Positions 1-9,585 of a stretch of 64,000 nt of DNA are shown in pieces. Below the pieces are notes generated by a model. That model was not told where the DNA came from. It saw nothing but the letters and a program-made list of their open reading frames with translations, and did not search any database. The stretch lies in the IMG/VR virus record IMGVR_UViG_3300037010_001838, one strand, 5' to 3'. How positions within the stretch are numbered: position 1 is the stretch's first letter; each line of letters begins with the position of its first letter. A program made the position numbers and the translations under genes. This stretch comes from a virus. Taxonomy: Duplodnaviria > Caudoviricetes.

Positions 1-413
1 AACCACTGTTTTCGTTTAGTTAAAATATTCTGTGTTACCTCTTTTCCTGTTTTACCTGTTAATTCGATATCAACGGCAATAAATGGATAATTTGAGATAT
101 CTTCAGGGAACCCCAACGATGCATAATCTATTGCTTCCTGTGTTTTTTCCCAATAAACATCATTTTGACTCGAAATAACAGAGGCAAATAAAGAACGCAA
201 CTCATCTATTCTGGTTTGTATAAGTTCAAATTGTTCATGTTGATACTGCTGTATTTTAAATTCTTTTATTTTAATTTGATTGTCTTCAACGAATAAACTT
301 TCATCAAGTTCGCTTCCATTATAAACTAAACAAGTTGTGGTGGATGGAATAAACAACGGTTCTTTTTGAAGGATTTGTAGGATAGTATTATTTTTTGTTA
401 TTATATATCGCAT
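1..413 (-). CDS. Partial CDS running off the window edge (not in ORF track); probable tail-fibre assembly/chaperone-like protein
   Basis: Manual translation from ATG at 413 is open to base 1: MRYIITKNNTILQILQKEP...VYWEKTQEAIDYASLGFPEDISNYPFIAVDIELTGKTGKEVTQNILTKRKQW. The ATG overlaps the TAA of 413..775. The C-terminal pattern resembles phage fibre-associated chaperones (recollection). Confidence 0.7.
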   Translation of the reverse strand, partial: MRYIITKNNTILQILQKEPLFIPSTTTCLVYNGSELDESLFVEDNQIKIKEFKIQQYQHEQFELIQTRIDELRSLFASVISSQNDVYWEKTQEAIDYASLGFPEDISNYPFIAVDIELTGKTGKEVTQNILTKRKQW

Positions 414-775
414 TATAATACTCCAGAAATAGTAAACCAAATTCCTGAATTTGTTGATTCGTATAATACAGGAGCAACAACAGATAAAATGTCACCAATT
501 TCAAAACTCACGGGTATACCTTCAAACACCCCCGCTTGTGAATTGGAATTAAAGGTAATTGTTGCAAATTGATAACCATTCTTCTGAAGGCTAACGACAA
601 AAGGGGACGTGGTTAATTCATCAATAATAGCCATTGAACCATCCACATTATTCAACAAAGAAAATTTTCGAACACACACAAATTTAAATATAATATCATT
701 TGAGTTAATTCTAGTGGAACCACCAAACATATCATAGAATTTCAAATTTTGAATTTCGTTTTCAACAAACATCAA
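413..775 (-). CDS. Hypothetical beta-rich virion/fibre-associated protein
   Basis: 120-aa ORF with GGAG RBS, in the fibre operon, beta-strand-rich C-terminus. Confidence 0.6.
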   Translation of the reverse strand: MMFVENEIQNLKFYDMFGGSTRINSNDIIFKFVCVRKFSLLNNVDGSMAIIDELTTSPFVVSLQKNGYQFATITFNSNSQAGVFEGIPVSFEIGDILSVVAPVLYESTNSGIWFTISGVL

Positions 776-790
776 CTTTTCTCCAGGTTA

Positions 791-1429
791 TTAGATCCAA
801 ATAGCTCCAACCAAATTTCTAGTATGAGTAGATCCAGTTCCACTTGCTGTTACAACATTACCTGTTGGCATGATTCCGTTTGTTGTAGCCGCTGCATGAG
901 AACTGAATCCCGTCCCATCTGTTAAAAGATGTTCATATTGTTCTGTTACGTTTGGTGTCCAATTAATGGTTTCTGCTAGATCTGCCGAGGTGGAGAAAAA
1001 TACTCCAACACCAGACGCAGAAGTTGTTAAAGAAGCAGAAGTTCCTGGTGTTATATTAGAACCTGTAAACACTGGAACATCACTGTTGTTATTAGACAAT
1101 AAAAATATTCCTACGGAAGACCTAACACCTGTTACGGGAACAGTTCCTGTAACAGTAACTGAACCACCAGATATTATTCTTCTAGTAAATATTGCTGTTG
1201 GTTCTGTGCTTGAAAAATTCACCAAGGGGGTAACTGGAACACCACCGATAGTCGTTTGTGTAAACTCTTGTGAACCATCTCCTGTCAATATCCCAATTGC
1301 CATTGTGGCTATTACCAATCCACCATACGGAATCACAAATGTAAATGAATATGTAGATAAATCACTTAATGTTGAATCCGTTCCAATATAAATTAATCTT
1401 CTCGAGGAATGAAGTAATAATTTTCTCAT
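791..1429 (-). CDS. Putative fibre-tip adhesin (cassette B tip protein)
   Basis: Ser/Thr/Gly-rich beta protein starting MRKLLL, ATGA-coupled to the upstream chaperone; same layout as 4006..4407. Confidence 0.6.
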   Translation of the reverse strand: MRKLLLHSSRRLIYIGTDSTLSDLSTYSFTFVIPYGGLVIATMAIGILTGDGSQEFTQTTIGGVPVTPLVNFSSTEPTAIFTRRIISGGSVTVTGTVPVTGVRSSVGIFLLSNNNSDVPVFTGSNITPGTSASLTTSASGVGVFFSTSADLAETINWTPNVTEQYEHLLTDGTGFSSHAAATTNGIMPTGNVVTASGTGSTHTRNLVGAIWI

Positions 1430-1899
1430 ACTAAATTCAAGCTTTCAAGAATGCTAACTGATGTTGCGTTTGTAATATTAGTTTCATTGTTATTTAAGGT
1501 TATTCGAATATTGTTTCGTTGATTAGATATATCACTCGGAATAGATGTTCCCATTTCAACAAATCTAGTAACATACCAATCAGTAGAACGCAAATCAGTG
1601 TTTGCTTTATTTTTTACAATTTCAGTTAACTGTTGTTGTAACGTTACCAGATCTTTATCTGTTGTTTGCCACACACGCGTTGGAACTCCTCCAATTAATT
1701 GAACTGATCCTGATACATCATAGAAAAAGGTGTTAGGTTGAGTAACTTCATTGACAAGAACAATTCCCAGATCTGTTTTTTCAAGATCAGTTGAAAGTTC
1801 AAGCCAGTTGCTTGGGTACTGAATACCGTGAAGTGTAAACGGAACACCACTAATAAGTTCCATTACAATAACACCATTTTCAATTACGACATAATTCAT
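1426..1899 (-). CDS. Tail-fibre assembly chaperone-like protein (cassette B)
   Basis: Paralog of 4404..4892 (FTL.G..YP.NWL.LST..EKT..G; TDWYVTRF.E.GT.IP). Start moved to ATG 1899, just after the upstream TAA. Confidence 0.7.
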   Translation of the reverse strand: MNYVVIENGVIVMELISGVPFTLHGIQYPSNWLELSTDLEKTDLGIVLVNEVTQPNTFFYDVSGSVQLIGGVPTRVWQTTDKDLVTLQQQLTEIVKNKANTDLRSTDWYVTRFVEMGTSIPSDISNQRNNIRITLNNNETNITNATSVSILESLNLV

Positions 1900-1900
1900 A

Positions 1901-2296
1901 TTAACCTCCAACCCTTCTTAACAGCGTTGCTACTACTCTGGTAGTAGTGTAAACTTCATATACTAATACGTCGACTACACCAGGAAGTGTTGACAACGTG
2001 GGTGCAACCCCCTCCTCAAAACTCCAAAAACTACTAAATGCCACAGAATGACTTCCAACTCCATCTTGAACAATATAAATTACTCCCGACTGTCCAGGGG
2101 TAACATTTAATGGATTACCAAATGTTGTATTTCCTGTCAATGTTACGATAAAGTTGCGTGACAATGTGAAATCAGGAACCAATAAAGTTGAATACGGTAA
2201 TGTTAACATATTCCAAGGAACTCGAGAGTTAAACGTTGGAACATCAACTATTTCATTTGTGTCTACTTGAAATGCTTTTATTGTTGCAATAGTCAT
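1901..2296 (-). CDS. Stand-alone fibre C-terminal (tip-docking) domain protein
   Basis: Aligns with the last ~105 aa of 4894..6420 (SRNF..TLTG...GQSGVIYI.QDG.GS...PTLST..G..DVLVYEVY). Confidence 0.7.
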   Translation of the reverse strand: MTIATIKAFQVDTNEIVDVPTFNSRVPWNMLTLPYSTLLVPDFTLSRNFIVTLTGNTTFGNPLNVTPGQSGVIYIVQDGVGSHSVAFSSFWSFEEGVAPTLSTLPGVVDVLVYEVYTTTRVVATLLRRVGG

Positions 2297-2312
2297 TTAT
2301 TAAAACTCCTTA

Positions 2313-3953
2313 TTATATTCCAAAAACCAGGAACTCAACTTTTACTCCCACAGGAACGGTATAAGTAAACGTTACTGAAGTCGTTGATGTTTCTATATAT
2401 GAATCTGTTATGTATGCTTTAATTCCATTAACAAAGACCCACAAATTGTTTGAACCAACAACATATGATATGTTAGGTGATGATGTAGTAAAATCAAATA
2501 CCGTTTGTCCAGTTGAAGTTATAAGAGTTCGTTGAATCGTCGTTTTGTTGTCGGTATATTGCTTTGTAGCAGGCTGTAGTGCACTTACGGGATTCCCAAC
2601 TAAATCAAAAAATCCTGTCATTTGGATTCCACCAGATAACGGCAAATATTGAGATAAAGCAGTTGTTAAAGAAGTATCAACATATTGTTTCGTAGCTGCT
2701 TCAAGAGGTAAAACTGGATCTTGACCAAGAGTAACTGTACCTGAGAATGTAGGTGATATTGTGCTTGCTGCATATCGATCAAAGCTCGACAAAGCATCCA
2801 AAACCGTTATGTTTGGATAATTCGGCGAAACACTGTAAGAATAGTTTAAAATTCCCGTATTTGATAAAATAACATATGAAACATCGGATGCAGTGTGTGT
2901 ATGAGTAAAGGCAGCAATATTATTTATTAAAACATTTCCACCAACACTACGTGATAGAGTAAGAACACCCGTTAGTGGATTCATTGAACCTCCTGTAACA
3001 ACACCATCTGCCCCTCCTCCCCCTCCTCCAGCAACAGCGTCTACATATTGCTTTGTAGCAGGCTGTAGTGCACTTACGGGATTCCCAACTAAATCAAAAA
3101 ATCCTGTCATTTGGATTCCACCAGATAACGGCAAATATTGAGATAAAGCAGTTGTTAAAGAAGTATCAACATATTGTTTAGGCGCCGCACCCAAATTGTC
3201 AACAGGATTACCCGACAAGACTAATAATCCCGTCATTGTGTCTCCTGTTTTTGCAACTTTTTGATTTAACTGAAATTGAATGTTGCTTGTTGACCCCGAT
3301 AAGTAATTTACTTCTGCTGATGTTGCAGTAATCGAATCGATCCACACGTTCTCGGTTGGTGTTAAATGTAACGCAAGATCGCTCTCGTGAGATATCAAAC
3401 TATTATCAACATATTGTTTCGTAGCTGCCTGTAAGTTTGTTGTTGGATCACCACTTAACGTTAAAAGACCTGTCATTGAATTTGTTCCATCCAACAAAAC
3501 ATATAAAGAGGCGAGATTGTCCACATATTTTTTATTAACTGCTTGGTCATCAGTAACAGGAGAACCTGATAAATGTAAGGGCCCTGTCATAATTCCACCC
3601 GACAAACTCAATATTCCATCCCAAACATTCGTATTTTTATAAAGAGAAAGTTCTTTTGTTTGATAATTATACCACAATTGTCCAATTGTGGGATACACAG
3701 GAGGTACTCCATTACTTGCAAAATTCTCAAGAAGATGAACTAAATTATTTTGAATGATTTCACCGTAGTTAGGAACACCTTTACCGACTAACAATAGTGT
3801 CGTAGATGCCTTTGCAGAATTAAACGGAGGTGTTCCTGAATTTGGCGTTGAGTTAAGTGGAGAGGTAGGACCTTCCGTTTTATATTCTGGTATGGCGAAG
3901 GCTGATTTTTCCGGAGCAATAGACGAATCCGTGAAATTAATTAAATGTGCCAT
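2313..3953 (-). CDS. Tail fibre / baseplate-attached fibre protein
   Basis: N-terminal YG....N...LLENFAS...PTIGQLW domain shared with 4894..6420; repeated G.MTG.L.L.G.P....AATKQYVD fibre repeats. Confidence 0.8.
   Translation of the reverse strand: MAHLINFTDSSIAPEKSAFAIPEYKTEGPTSPLNSTPNSGTPPFNSAKASTTLLLVGKGVPNYGEIIQNNLVHLLENFASNGVPPVYPTIGQLWYNYQTKELSLYKNTNVWDGILSLSGGIMTGPLHLSGSPVTDDQAVNKKYVDNLASLYVLLDGTNSMTGLLTLSGDPTTNLQAATKQYVDNSLISHESDLALHLTPTENVWIDSITATSAEVNYLSGSTSNIQFQLNQKVAKTGDTMTGLLVLSGNPVDNLGAAPKQYVDTSLTTALSQYLPLSGGIQMTGFFDLVGNPVSALQPATKQYVDAVAGGGGGGADGVVTGGSMNPLTGVLTLSRSVGGNVLINNIAAFTHTHTASDVSYVILSNTGILNYSYSVSPNYPNITVLDALSSFDRYAASTISPTFSGTVTLGQDPVLPLEAATKQYVDTSLTTALSQYLPLSGGIQMTGFFDLVGNPVSALQPATKQYTDNKTTIQRTLITSTGQTVFDFTTSSPNISYVVGSNNLWVFVNGIKAYITDSYIETSTTSVTFTYTVPVGVKVEFLVFGI
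2556..3179. repeat. Identical 135-bp direct repeat (2556..2690 and 3045..3179) within the fibre gene
   Basis: Base-by-base comparison shows 135/135 identity; encodes KQYVDTSLTTALSQYLPLSGGIQMTGFFDLVGNPVSALQPATKQY. Confidence 0.95.
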
Positions 3954-4005
3954 AAAATCGTTCCTTTTTTGTATTAATTTAAAGTATTTATGGGAACTAT
4001 TTTAA

Positions 4006-4407
4006 TTAGTGAGCGTTTATGTTAAATATTCCAGAACCGATATGATCTGAATTATAAGCTCCCCATAAGTATACCTGAAGAACAACAACACTCGTGTCCA
4101 ATACAGGAACATCTTGGTTGAATGGCCAAGTACCGGCACTACAGCCCCCGCTGTTATATACTAAAGAAGCACCTTGAGATACACCATCAACTAATATCTG
4201 CCAATAAACAACCTTTTCGCATGTAGCTGAAGTAAAAGTTCCATTTACATTCACGCGCCCCGATAAACCAGTCGAATTCGTCCAAGAAGCAACGGTTCTA
4301 TAAAACCCCTCACCTGTTCCCCCAGCGTTATTGGGGATTGTATATGTATAAATCAATGGTCCTCCAGCAATTAACGTGGAATGACGACGAAGTAATAATT
4401 TTTTCAT
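4006..4407 (-). CDS. Putative fibre-tip adhesin (cassette A tip protein)
   Basis: Likely start MKKLLL at 4407, ATGA-overlapping the chaperone stop; beta-rich. Confidence 0.6.
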   Translation of the reverse strand: MKKLLLRRHSTLIAGGPLIYTYTIPNNAGGTGEGFYRTVASWTNSTGLSGRVNVNGTFTSATCEKVVYWQILVDGVSQGASLVYNSGGCSAGTWPFNQDVPVLDTSVVVLQVYLWGAYNSDHIGSGIFNINAH

Positions 4408-4892
4408 AATATTGTAGGTAAATTTACACAAACGGTTTCAAGGTCAGATATAGTTACTGAAGAAGCGATTTGCTGTTTAAGTGAAGCATACTCAGAACGA
4501 ATAGCACCTCGATTTGCAGTTATCTCTGGTGGGATCGCGGTTCCAACTTCAGTAAATCTAGTTACATACCAATCTGTTGGTGATAGTAAATTAAACATCA
4601 TTTTATCTACACTATTCGTTAATTCTGTTTTTAATGTGGTAACATCCAAATCAGTACACACCCACACCGAAGAAGGAACTCCATTTACTATGTCAAAACT
4701 CTCTGAACAAGAATGGTATGTTGGATTAGGACGAACTGATTCTGTAAGTTCAACTAAACCAATTTCTGTTTTTTCCGAATGTGTAGATAAATCTAACCAA
4801 TTAGGTGGATAGCTAAAACCATTTAACGTGAATGCCTGACCAGTCTCAAATACCTGGGTAATTTTGTTGTTTTCAATAAAAGCATATCTCAT
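4404..4892 (-). CDS. Tail-fibre assembly chaperone-like protein (cassette A)
   Basis: Paralog of 1426..1899; directly follows the fibre gene (TAATATG junction). Confidence 0.7.
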   Translation of the reverse strand: MRYAFIENNKITQVFETGQAFTLNGFSYPPNWLDLSTHSEKTEIGLVELTESVRPNPTYHSCSESFDIVNGVPSSVWVCTDLDVTTLKTELTNSVDKMMFNLLSPTDWYVTRFTEVGTAIPPEITANRGAIRSEYASLKQQIASSVTISDLETVCVNLPTIL

Positions 4893-4893
4893 A

Positions 4894-6420
4894 TTAACTA
4901 ACCTTTTTAAGTAATGAAGCTACAATTGTGTTAGTGTTGTAGACTTCATACACTAACACATCAATTGATCCAGCCGCTGTTGAAAGTGTTGGAACTGTTC
5001 CGTTTTCAAACTTCCATGTGCTTGTTGAAAAAGAAGCCATTCTACTTCCAGTTCCATCTTGAATAATATAAATGACCCCAGATTGTCCTGTTATTAGGTT
5101 TGTTGGACTGAGAATAGATACTTGTCCTGTTAAAGTTATAGAAAAGTTTCTTGAAGTTGCAAAGTCGAAAGAAATCGAAGAAGAATAAGGAACTACTAAC
5201 AAATCGTAAGGCACCCGAGATGTAATCTCTGTTGTTATTAAATTTGTAACTGATTGTAAAGCTACAGGGGTTATAGCTTTTTGTGTGTTTGTTCCGGCTA
5301 TGGCTTCACTTCCTGTCGCTAATACAACTCCACCTATCGTAGAAGTCGTTGCTTGGGGTAAAGAATAAAGTCGACTATCGACATATTGTTTTGTTGCAGC
5401 TTCCAATGGTGAAGAAGGATCTTGGCCGAGTGTCAATATAGAACCAACTGAAAAGGAAACGCTGCCATTATTACTAACAGCCAAACTACCACCAATCAAA
5501 TTAATATTCGTTGCATTGTTTAAACTAATTCCACCAGAAGAAAACACCAAAGTCCCCGTCATAGTATCACCTGTTTTGGTAACCTTTTGATCTATTTGAG
5601 ATTGAAGTCCCAGATTGCTAGATGAAAGTGAAGATGATAATGTTGATATTTGTGTATCAACATAATTCTTGTTAGCAGCATCATCGGTATTTGTTGGATC
5701 TGGAAGGTTGATAACTTTGTGTGTGTTTAACATATCAATATCACCAGTTGCATTTCCTGAAAAAATCTTAGACCAGGCAGCTCCTGTATATACATACAAC
5801 GAACCTTCAATCACGTTGAACCAAAGTTGGCCTGGAACTGGAGATGTTGGAGAGGGTGCAGAAACGATCGTTCCACCACCAGCAGAAGAAGGAACTGTTG
5901 AGGTTACAACAATCGCTGTTTGATCTGTCACCGAGCTATATGTTACCGACCCCATAGCAGATGAAATAGTGTACGTTCCAGCATTTGCTCCGCCTTGAAC
6001 TATAAACTGGCCTCCAGCTGTTAAATACGGTGTTGCGTCACCGCTTACGTAGAATGTAGACGTTCCAGTGTTTGCACCAACAATAAGGAATGTTTTAGGA
6101 GGAGGAACACCACCGGCGACAACACTCCAACTATGACTCATGTCAAAAACTTTTAATAAATTTACACTTGTGTCAAACCAAAGTTGTCCGATAGTGGGAT
6201 TTGGTGGCCAATCTGGACTTGCAAAATTTTCCAAAAGCCACAAAAAATTCTCATTTGCTCGTTGCCCATATTGAAGGAAGCCTTCGCCAAACAAATTAAG
6301 AGATGTATGAGTATTTGTGCCTGCTGGTCCATCAAAGCCACCAGGGTTTATTTGAAACGGTGCTTTTGTTGGGTCTACAGATGAATTAGTAAAATCGATT
6401 GTGTAAATAGTTCCAGCCAT
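4894..6420 (-). CDS. Tail fibre protein with C-terminal tip-docking domain
   Basis: LLENFAS...PTIGQLWFDT N-domain, AANKNYVD/AATKQYVD repeats, ATTSTIGGVVLAT repeat, C-terminal domain shared with 1901..2296. Confidence 0.8.
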   Translation of the reverse strand: MAGTIYTIDFTNSSVDPTKAPFQINPGGFDGPAGTNTHTSLNLFGEGFLQYGQRANENFLWLLENFASPDWPPNPTIGQLWFDTSVNLLKVFDMSHSWSVVAGGVPPPKTFLIVGANTGTSTFYVSGDATPYLTAGGQFIVQGGANAGTYTISSAMGSVTYSSVTDQTAIVVTSTVPSSAGGGTIVSAPSPTSPVPGQLWFNVIEGSLYVYTGAAWSKIFSGNATGDIDMLNTHKVINLPDPTNTDDAANKNYVDTQISTLSSSLSSSNLGLQSQIDQKVTKTGDTMTGTLVFSSGGISLNNATNINLIGGSLAVSNNGSVSFSVGSILTLGQDPSSPLEAATKQYVDSRLYSLPQATTSTIGGVVLATGSEAIAGTNTQKAITPVALQSVTNLITTEITSRVPYDLLVVPYSSSISFDFATSRNFSITLTGQVSILSPTNLITGQSGVIYIIQDGTGSRMASFSTSTWKFENGTVPTLSTAAGSIDVLVYEVYNTNTIVASLLKKVS

Positions 6421-6461
6421 TTGAATTCCTCACATTAATTGCTGCATAACATATTTACTAT

Positions 6462-7139
6462 TTATAAGTCTAACTCCTTAACTAATTTATCCATATAAGC
6501 TTTTTCGGGTTGTCTGTTTTGAAACTTTTGTTTCCAATAATCCACACGAATTAGGCTTTCGATAATTTGTTGTTCTTCTTTAGACATCAATTCAACCTTA
6601 ACCATAAACTTCCTACTTCTCAATAAAACCCAAGGAGATAATTTCCGTTCTCTGATTAATTGGATAATATCCGAACCAGTTAATACGTCAAATATTTGAT
6701 ATATTTCACATTCTGCAGCATCCGCAACTTTTTCCATAGTTCGGATAGTAATACCAGCTTGTTTTTTGGGAGATAATTTCCGGTCAAGAAATTCAAGAAA
6801 CTGTCCATACATCTCGTTCATAGTCCACATGGAAGGTGATACACCGTTTTCATTCATTAATTTAATGTATAATTCGGGTTCAGGTAAACGAACACGTTTT
6901 ACGAACTCTGCAAATCTCACGAATGGTTTGTAATACCTTGAATTTATAAAAGACTCAATAGATGGGGCAGTTTTCTTTTTTGTTGTAAACCATATTTGAT
7001 AAAGCATGTATGCACTTTGCCCGATTGTACTTTTAATATCTTCATGACGTTGCATCTTCTCACACTTGTGTTTCAGATACCTTGTCTCATGAACGAATGA
7101 AGCTCCACAAAACGAACATTCAAAGGGTTTTTCTTTCAT
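6462..7139 (-). CDS. Hypothetical protein with N-terminal zinc finger
   Basis: CSFC-x11-HKC motif; coupled to the clamp-loader small subunit gene. Confidence 0.65.
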   Translation of the reverse strand: MKEKPFECSFCGASFVHETRYLKHKCEKMQRHEDIKSTIGQSAYMLYQIWFTTKKKTAPSIESFINSRYYKPFVRFAEFVKRVRLPEPELYIKLMNENGVSPSMWTMNEMYGQFLEFLDRKLSPKKQAGITIRTMEKVADAAECEIYQIFDVLTGSDIIQLIRERKLSPWVLLRSRKFMVKVELMSKEEQQIIESLIRVDYWKQKFQNRQPEKAYMDKLVKELDL

Positions 7140-7603
7140 CGCGTCTTTAGTTCTGCTTTTAGTTTAACTAATTCTTCTTTTTGTAATCCTTGAGTTTCGG
7201 CCATATCGAGGATATCTTCCGTTGAAAACAATGGAAATGCCTCTTTAGCCTGTGTAGAACTGTAGCCATATTGTTTACTTATAAGACTCAAGCTCTGTTT
7301 ATATTTGTGTTGTTTATCTTGCATCTTTAACCAACTGTAATGTTGTGGTTTGGTTGCACAGATGGTCATTAATTTATACAACAACTCTTTATGATTAGAT
7401 AATGAAAACACGAAAGGATTAACCAATTCATTCAACAGAATAATCTGGAACGAAGACTTCGTTCCAGACATCCACCTCATTGTTACTAATGGTTGAAATC
7501 CTTTTCGTTCTTCATCAGTTAAATCATTATAAAAGAATACTCGTTTAAGATTTATCTGTTGTAACGTAGTAAAGATATCAAGTTTATACTTTTTTGGTTC
7601 CAT
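7136..7603 (-). CDS. gp62: Clamp loader small subunit (T4 gp62-like)
   Basis: F.P....RWMS...LNE.VN...F.L..HK.LLYKL pattern; near gp44. Confidence 0.65.
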   Translation of the reverse strand: MEPKKYKLDIFTTLQQINLKRVFFYNDLTDEERKGFQPLVTMRWMSGTKSSFQIILLNELVNPFVFSLSNHKELLYKLMTICATKPQHYSWLKMQDKQHKYKQSLSLISKQYGYSSTQAKEAFPLFSTEDILDMAETQGLQKEELVKLKAELKTR

Positions 7604-7973
7604 TTGGAATATCCAATGCTGTTTCGGTTATTCGTTCGGTTGTTTCTGTCGGTTTTAACAATTTCTCACAAAATTTACAACGAATAGTTTGGTCATCATT
7701 ATACAGCAACATATCAAACGGATGAATACACTCTTCAACCATTAACGTTCGAAGTTCAGCAATTTCATCATATATGGGTTCCATTTTTGCCCGTATCTCC
7801 ATAATCTTGTCTTCCAGTGGACTCAATTGTTTAATTAACTTATCCATGTTGGTCCGTTTGCGCTCCCAAGCGGTTTTCTCGCTACGAGTCGCGTGATTGG
7901 AAACAGATTCAAAAATATGTCGAATCTTAACTTGTTCTTCTGTCTCATTTTCGGGTTTTTTCATTCTTGACAT
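7584..7973 (-). CDS. Hypothetical coiled-coil protein with CxH/CxxC motif
   Basis: 129-aa ORF; ECIHP...CKFC possible Zn site. Confidence 0.6.
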   Translation of the reverse strand: MSRMKKPENETEEQVKIRHIFESVSNHATRSEKTAWERKRTNMDKLIKQLSPLEDKIMEIRAKMEPIYDEIAELRTLMVEECIHPFDMLLYNDDQTIRCKFCEKLLKPTETTERITETALDIPNGTKKV

Positions 7974-7984
7974 TATATTTCCTA

Positions 7985-8620
7985 TTAAAAAGTTTTCATT
8001 ATTGAAGAAATAATTTCAGGATCAGAACGTAGTTTTTCGTAATCTGGACAAAATTTTTCTTTTATAAAAGAAACTACAGACTCACCATGTGGGATGTTTA
8101 GCATAGTTCGCAATTCATCCAATTCTTGTGCTGCTTCACTTTTAATATGAATAGTGTTATCATCTTTAGTTTGACCCTTTGGAAGAGTTTCTACTTGTGA
8201 ACCCCAACTATTAGAATGAGAAGTAATGAAAAAGTCTTTTGATGTTGGTGGTGGAACATACGATATTTCAAAAGGATTAAAGTTATCAATATACTTAACA
8301 TCTTGTTTAACATCTTGTTGAAAATCTTCATACGAAAAACTACCTGTTGCACTTGTTCCACTGGTCACCATCGGATGAGATGATGTAGTATTTTGTTTTG
8401 TTATCGGTCTAGCAGCAGTTTTAGGTCTTGATGCGGTACAATCTCTAAAAGATTGTTTGCTTATTTGTTCACACATTTCTCGTTTTTTGTCAACTGTAAT
8501 ATCAGACCACTCATTATAAAAACCGTTAAATTCACGATTTTCAATATTGGCAGTTATCTCGTCAAGACTAGACGTAGACATTAGACTTTTAAGATCTTTT
8601 ATTGTTAATGTTTTATTCAT
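7985..8620 (-). CDS. Hypothetical protein
   Basis: 211-aa ORF in operon, GGAG RBS. Confidence 0.6.
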   Translation of the reverse strand: MNKTLTIKDLKSLMSTSSLDEITANIENREFNGFYNEWSDITVDKKREMCEQISKQSFRDCTASRPKTAARPITKQNTTSSHPMVTSGTSATGSFSYEDFQQDVKQDVKYIDNFNPFEISYVPPPTSKDFFITSHSNSWGSQVETLPKGQTKDDNTIHIKSEAAQELDELRTMLNIPHGESVVSFIKEKFCPDYEKLRSDPEIISSIMKTF

Positions 8621-8631
8621 TTTTACTCTCC

Positions 8632-9564
8632 TTATAATTGTCCAAGTTTTATAAACATTGCAGCTGCATTTATTTCCGGGTCTGCAGACAATGTGTGTTT
8701 GTATAAATGGTCAGCTACAATAATAATCCCTTCTTCCCACCTTTGTGTGTTTTCAAATTTTGGCGCTCTATAAAGATTCTCGTATAAAAATCTATATAAG
8801 TCTTCCCATTCTTCTCCTGAAACATTTCCACATATAATTTCTCTCATTTTGACCCATTTATCTAATTGTATCAAATCCAACAACTCATATTTGTAATCAC
8901 CATCTTCTCCCTGGGGACTGGGGATTGTTAAAACACCACCATGAGTGTGTTGCTGCATTGTGTTAACAATTTTTCGAATGTCTGGATATCCAATTGAAAT
9001 GAATTTGTCAAGGGTTTGTAGGTCGAATTTTACTTTTTCGCGTATTAAAATTGTTGCTACATATTCAGAAATGTCATCCCTATCTCCGGCTTTAAATCTA
9101 AAATGTTGACACCTGGAACGAATAGCTGGAATAATTTTGTTTTCATAATTGCATGTTAAAATAAATCTAGCTTCATTTGAATATTCTTCCATTAAAACAC
9201 GAAGAACAGCTTGTCCGTTTGGAGTAATATAGTCCGCTTCTTCAAGAAGAATAACTTTAAAATCCCCCAAAGCGTAAGTTGTAATAAATCCTTTAATCTT
9301 GTCTCGAATAACATCTACACTGTTTTCATCAGATGCATTAATAATAAGAATATCTGTTTCTTCTACATCACATTCGTTTATTAAAATTCGGGCAATAGTA
9401 GTTTTACCTGTTCCTTGAACTCCAGACAAAAGCAGATGTGGGATTGATTTTTGTTCCACCATCTTTGAAAAGGCTTGTTGTTGTTTTTCGTCATGAAAAA
9501 CATATTCTTTAAGAACTTGAGGTCTGTATTTTTCAACCCACAATTTTTCCAGTGCCATAAACAT
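8632..9564 (-). CDS. gp44: Clamp loader large subunit (RFC / T4 gp44-like AAA+ ATPase)
   Basis: LWVEKYRP, Walker A GVQGTGKT, INASDE, Walker B LEEAD, SRC motif. Confidence 0.95.
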   Translation of the reverse strand: MFMALEKLWVEKYRPQVLKEYVFHDEKQQQAFSKMVEQKSIPHLLLSGVQGTGKTTIARILINECDVEETDILIINASDENSVDVIRDKIKGFITTYALGDFKVILLEEADYITPNGQAVLRVLMEEYSNEARFILTCNYENKIIPAIRSRCQHFRFKAGDRDDISEYVATILIREKVKFDLQTLDKFISIGYPDIRKIVNTMQQHTHGGVLTIPSPQGEDGDYKYELLDLIQLDKWVKMREIICGNVSGEEWEDLYRFLYENLYRAPKFENTQRWEEGIIIVADHLYKHTLSADPEINAAAMFIKLGQL

Positions 9565-9585
9565 TATTCCTGTAATTATTCTATA

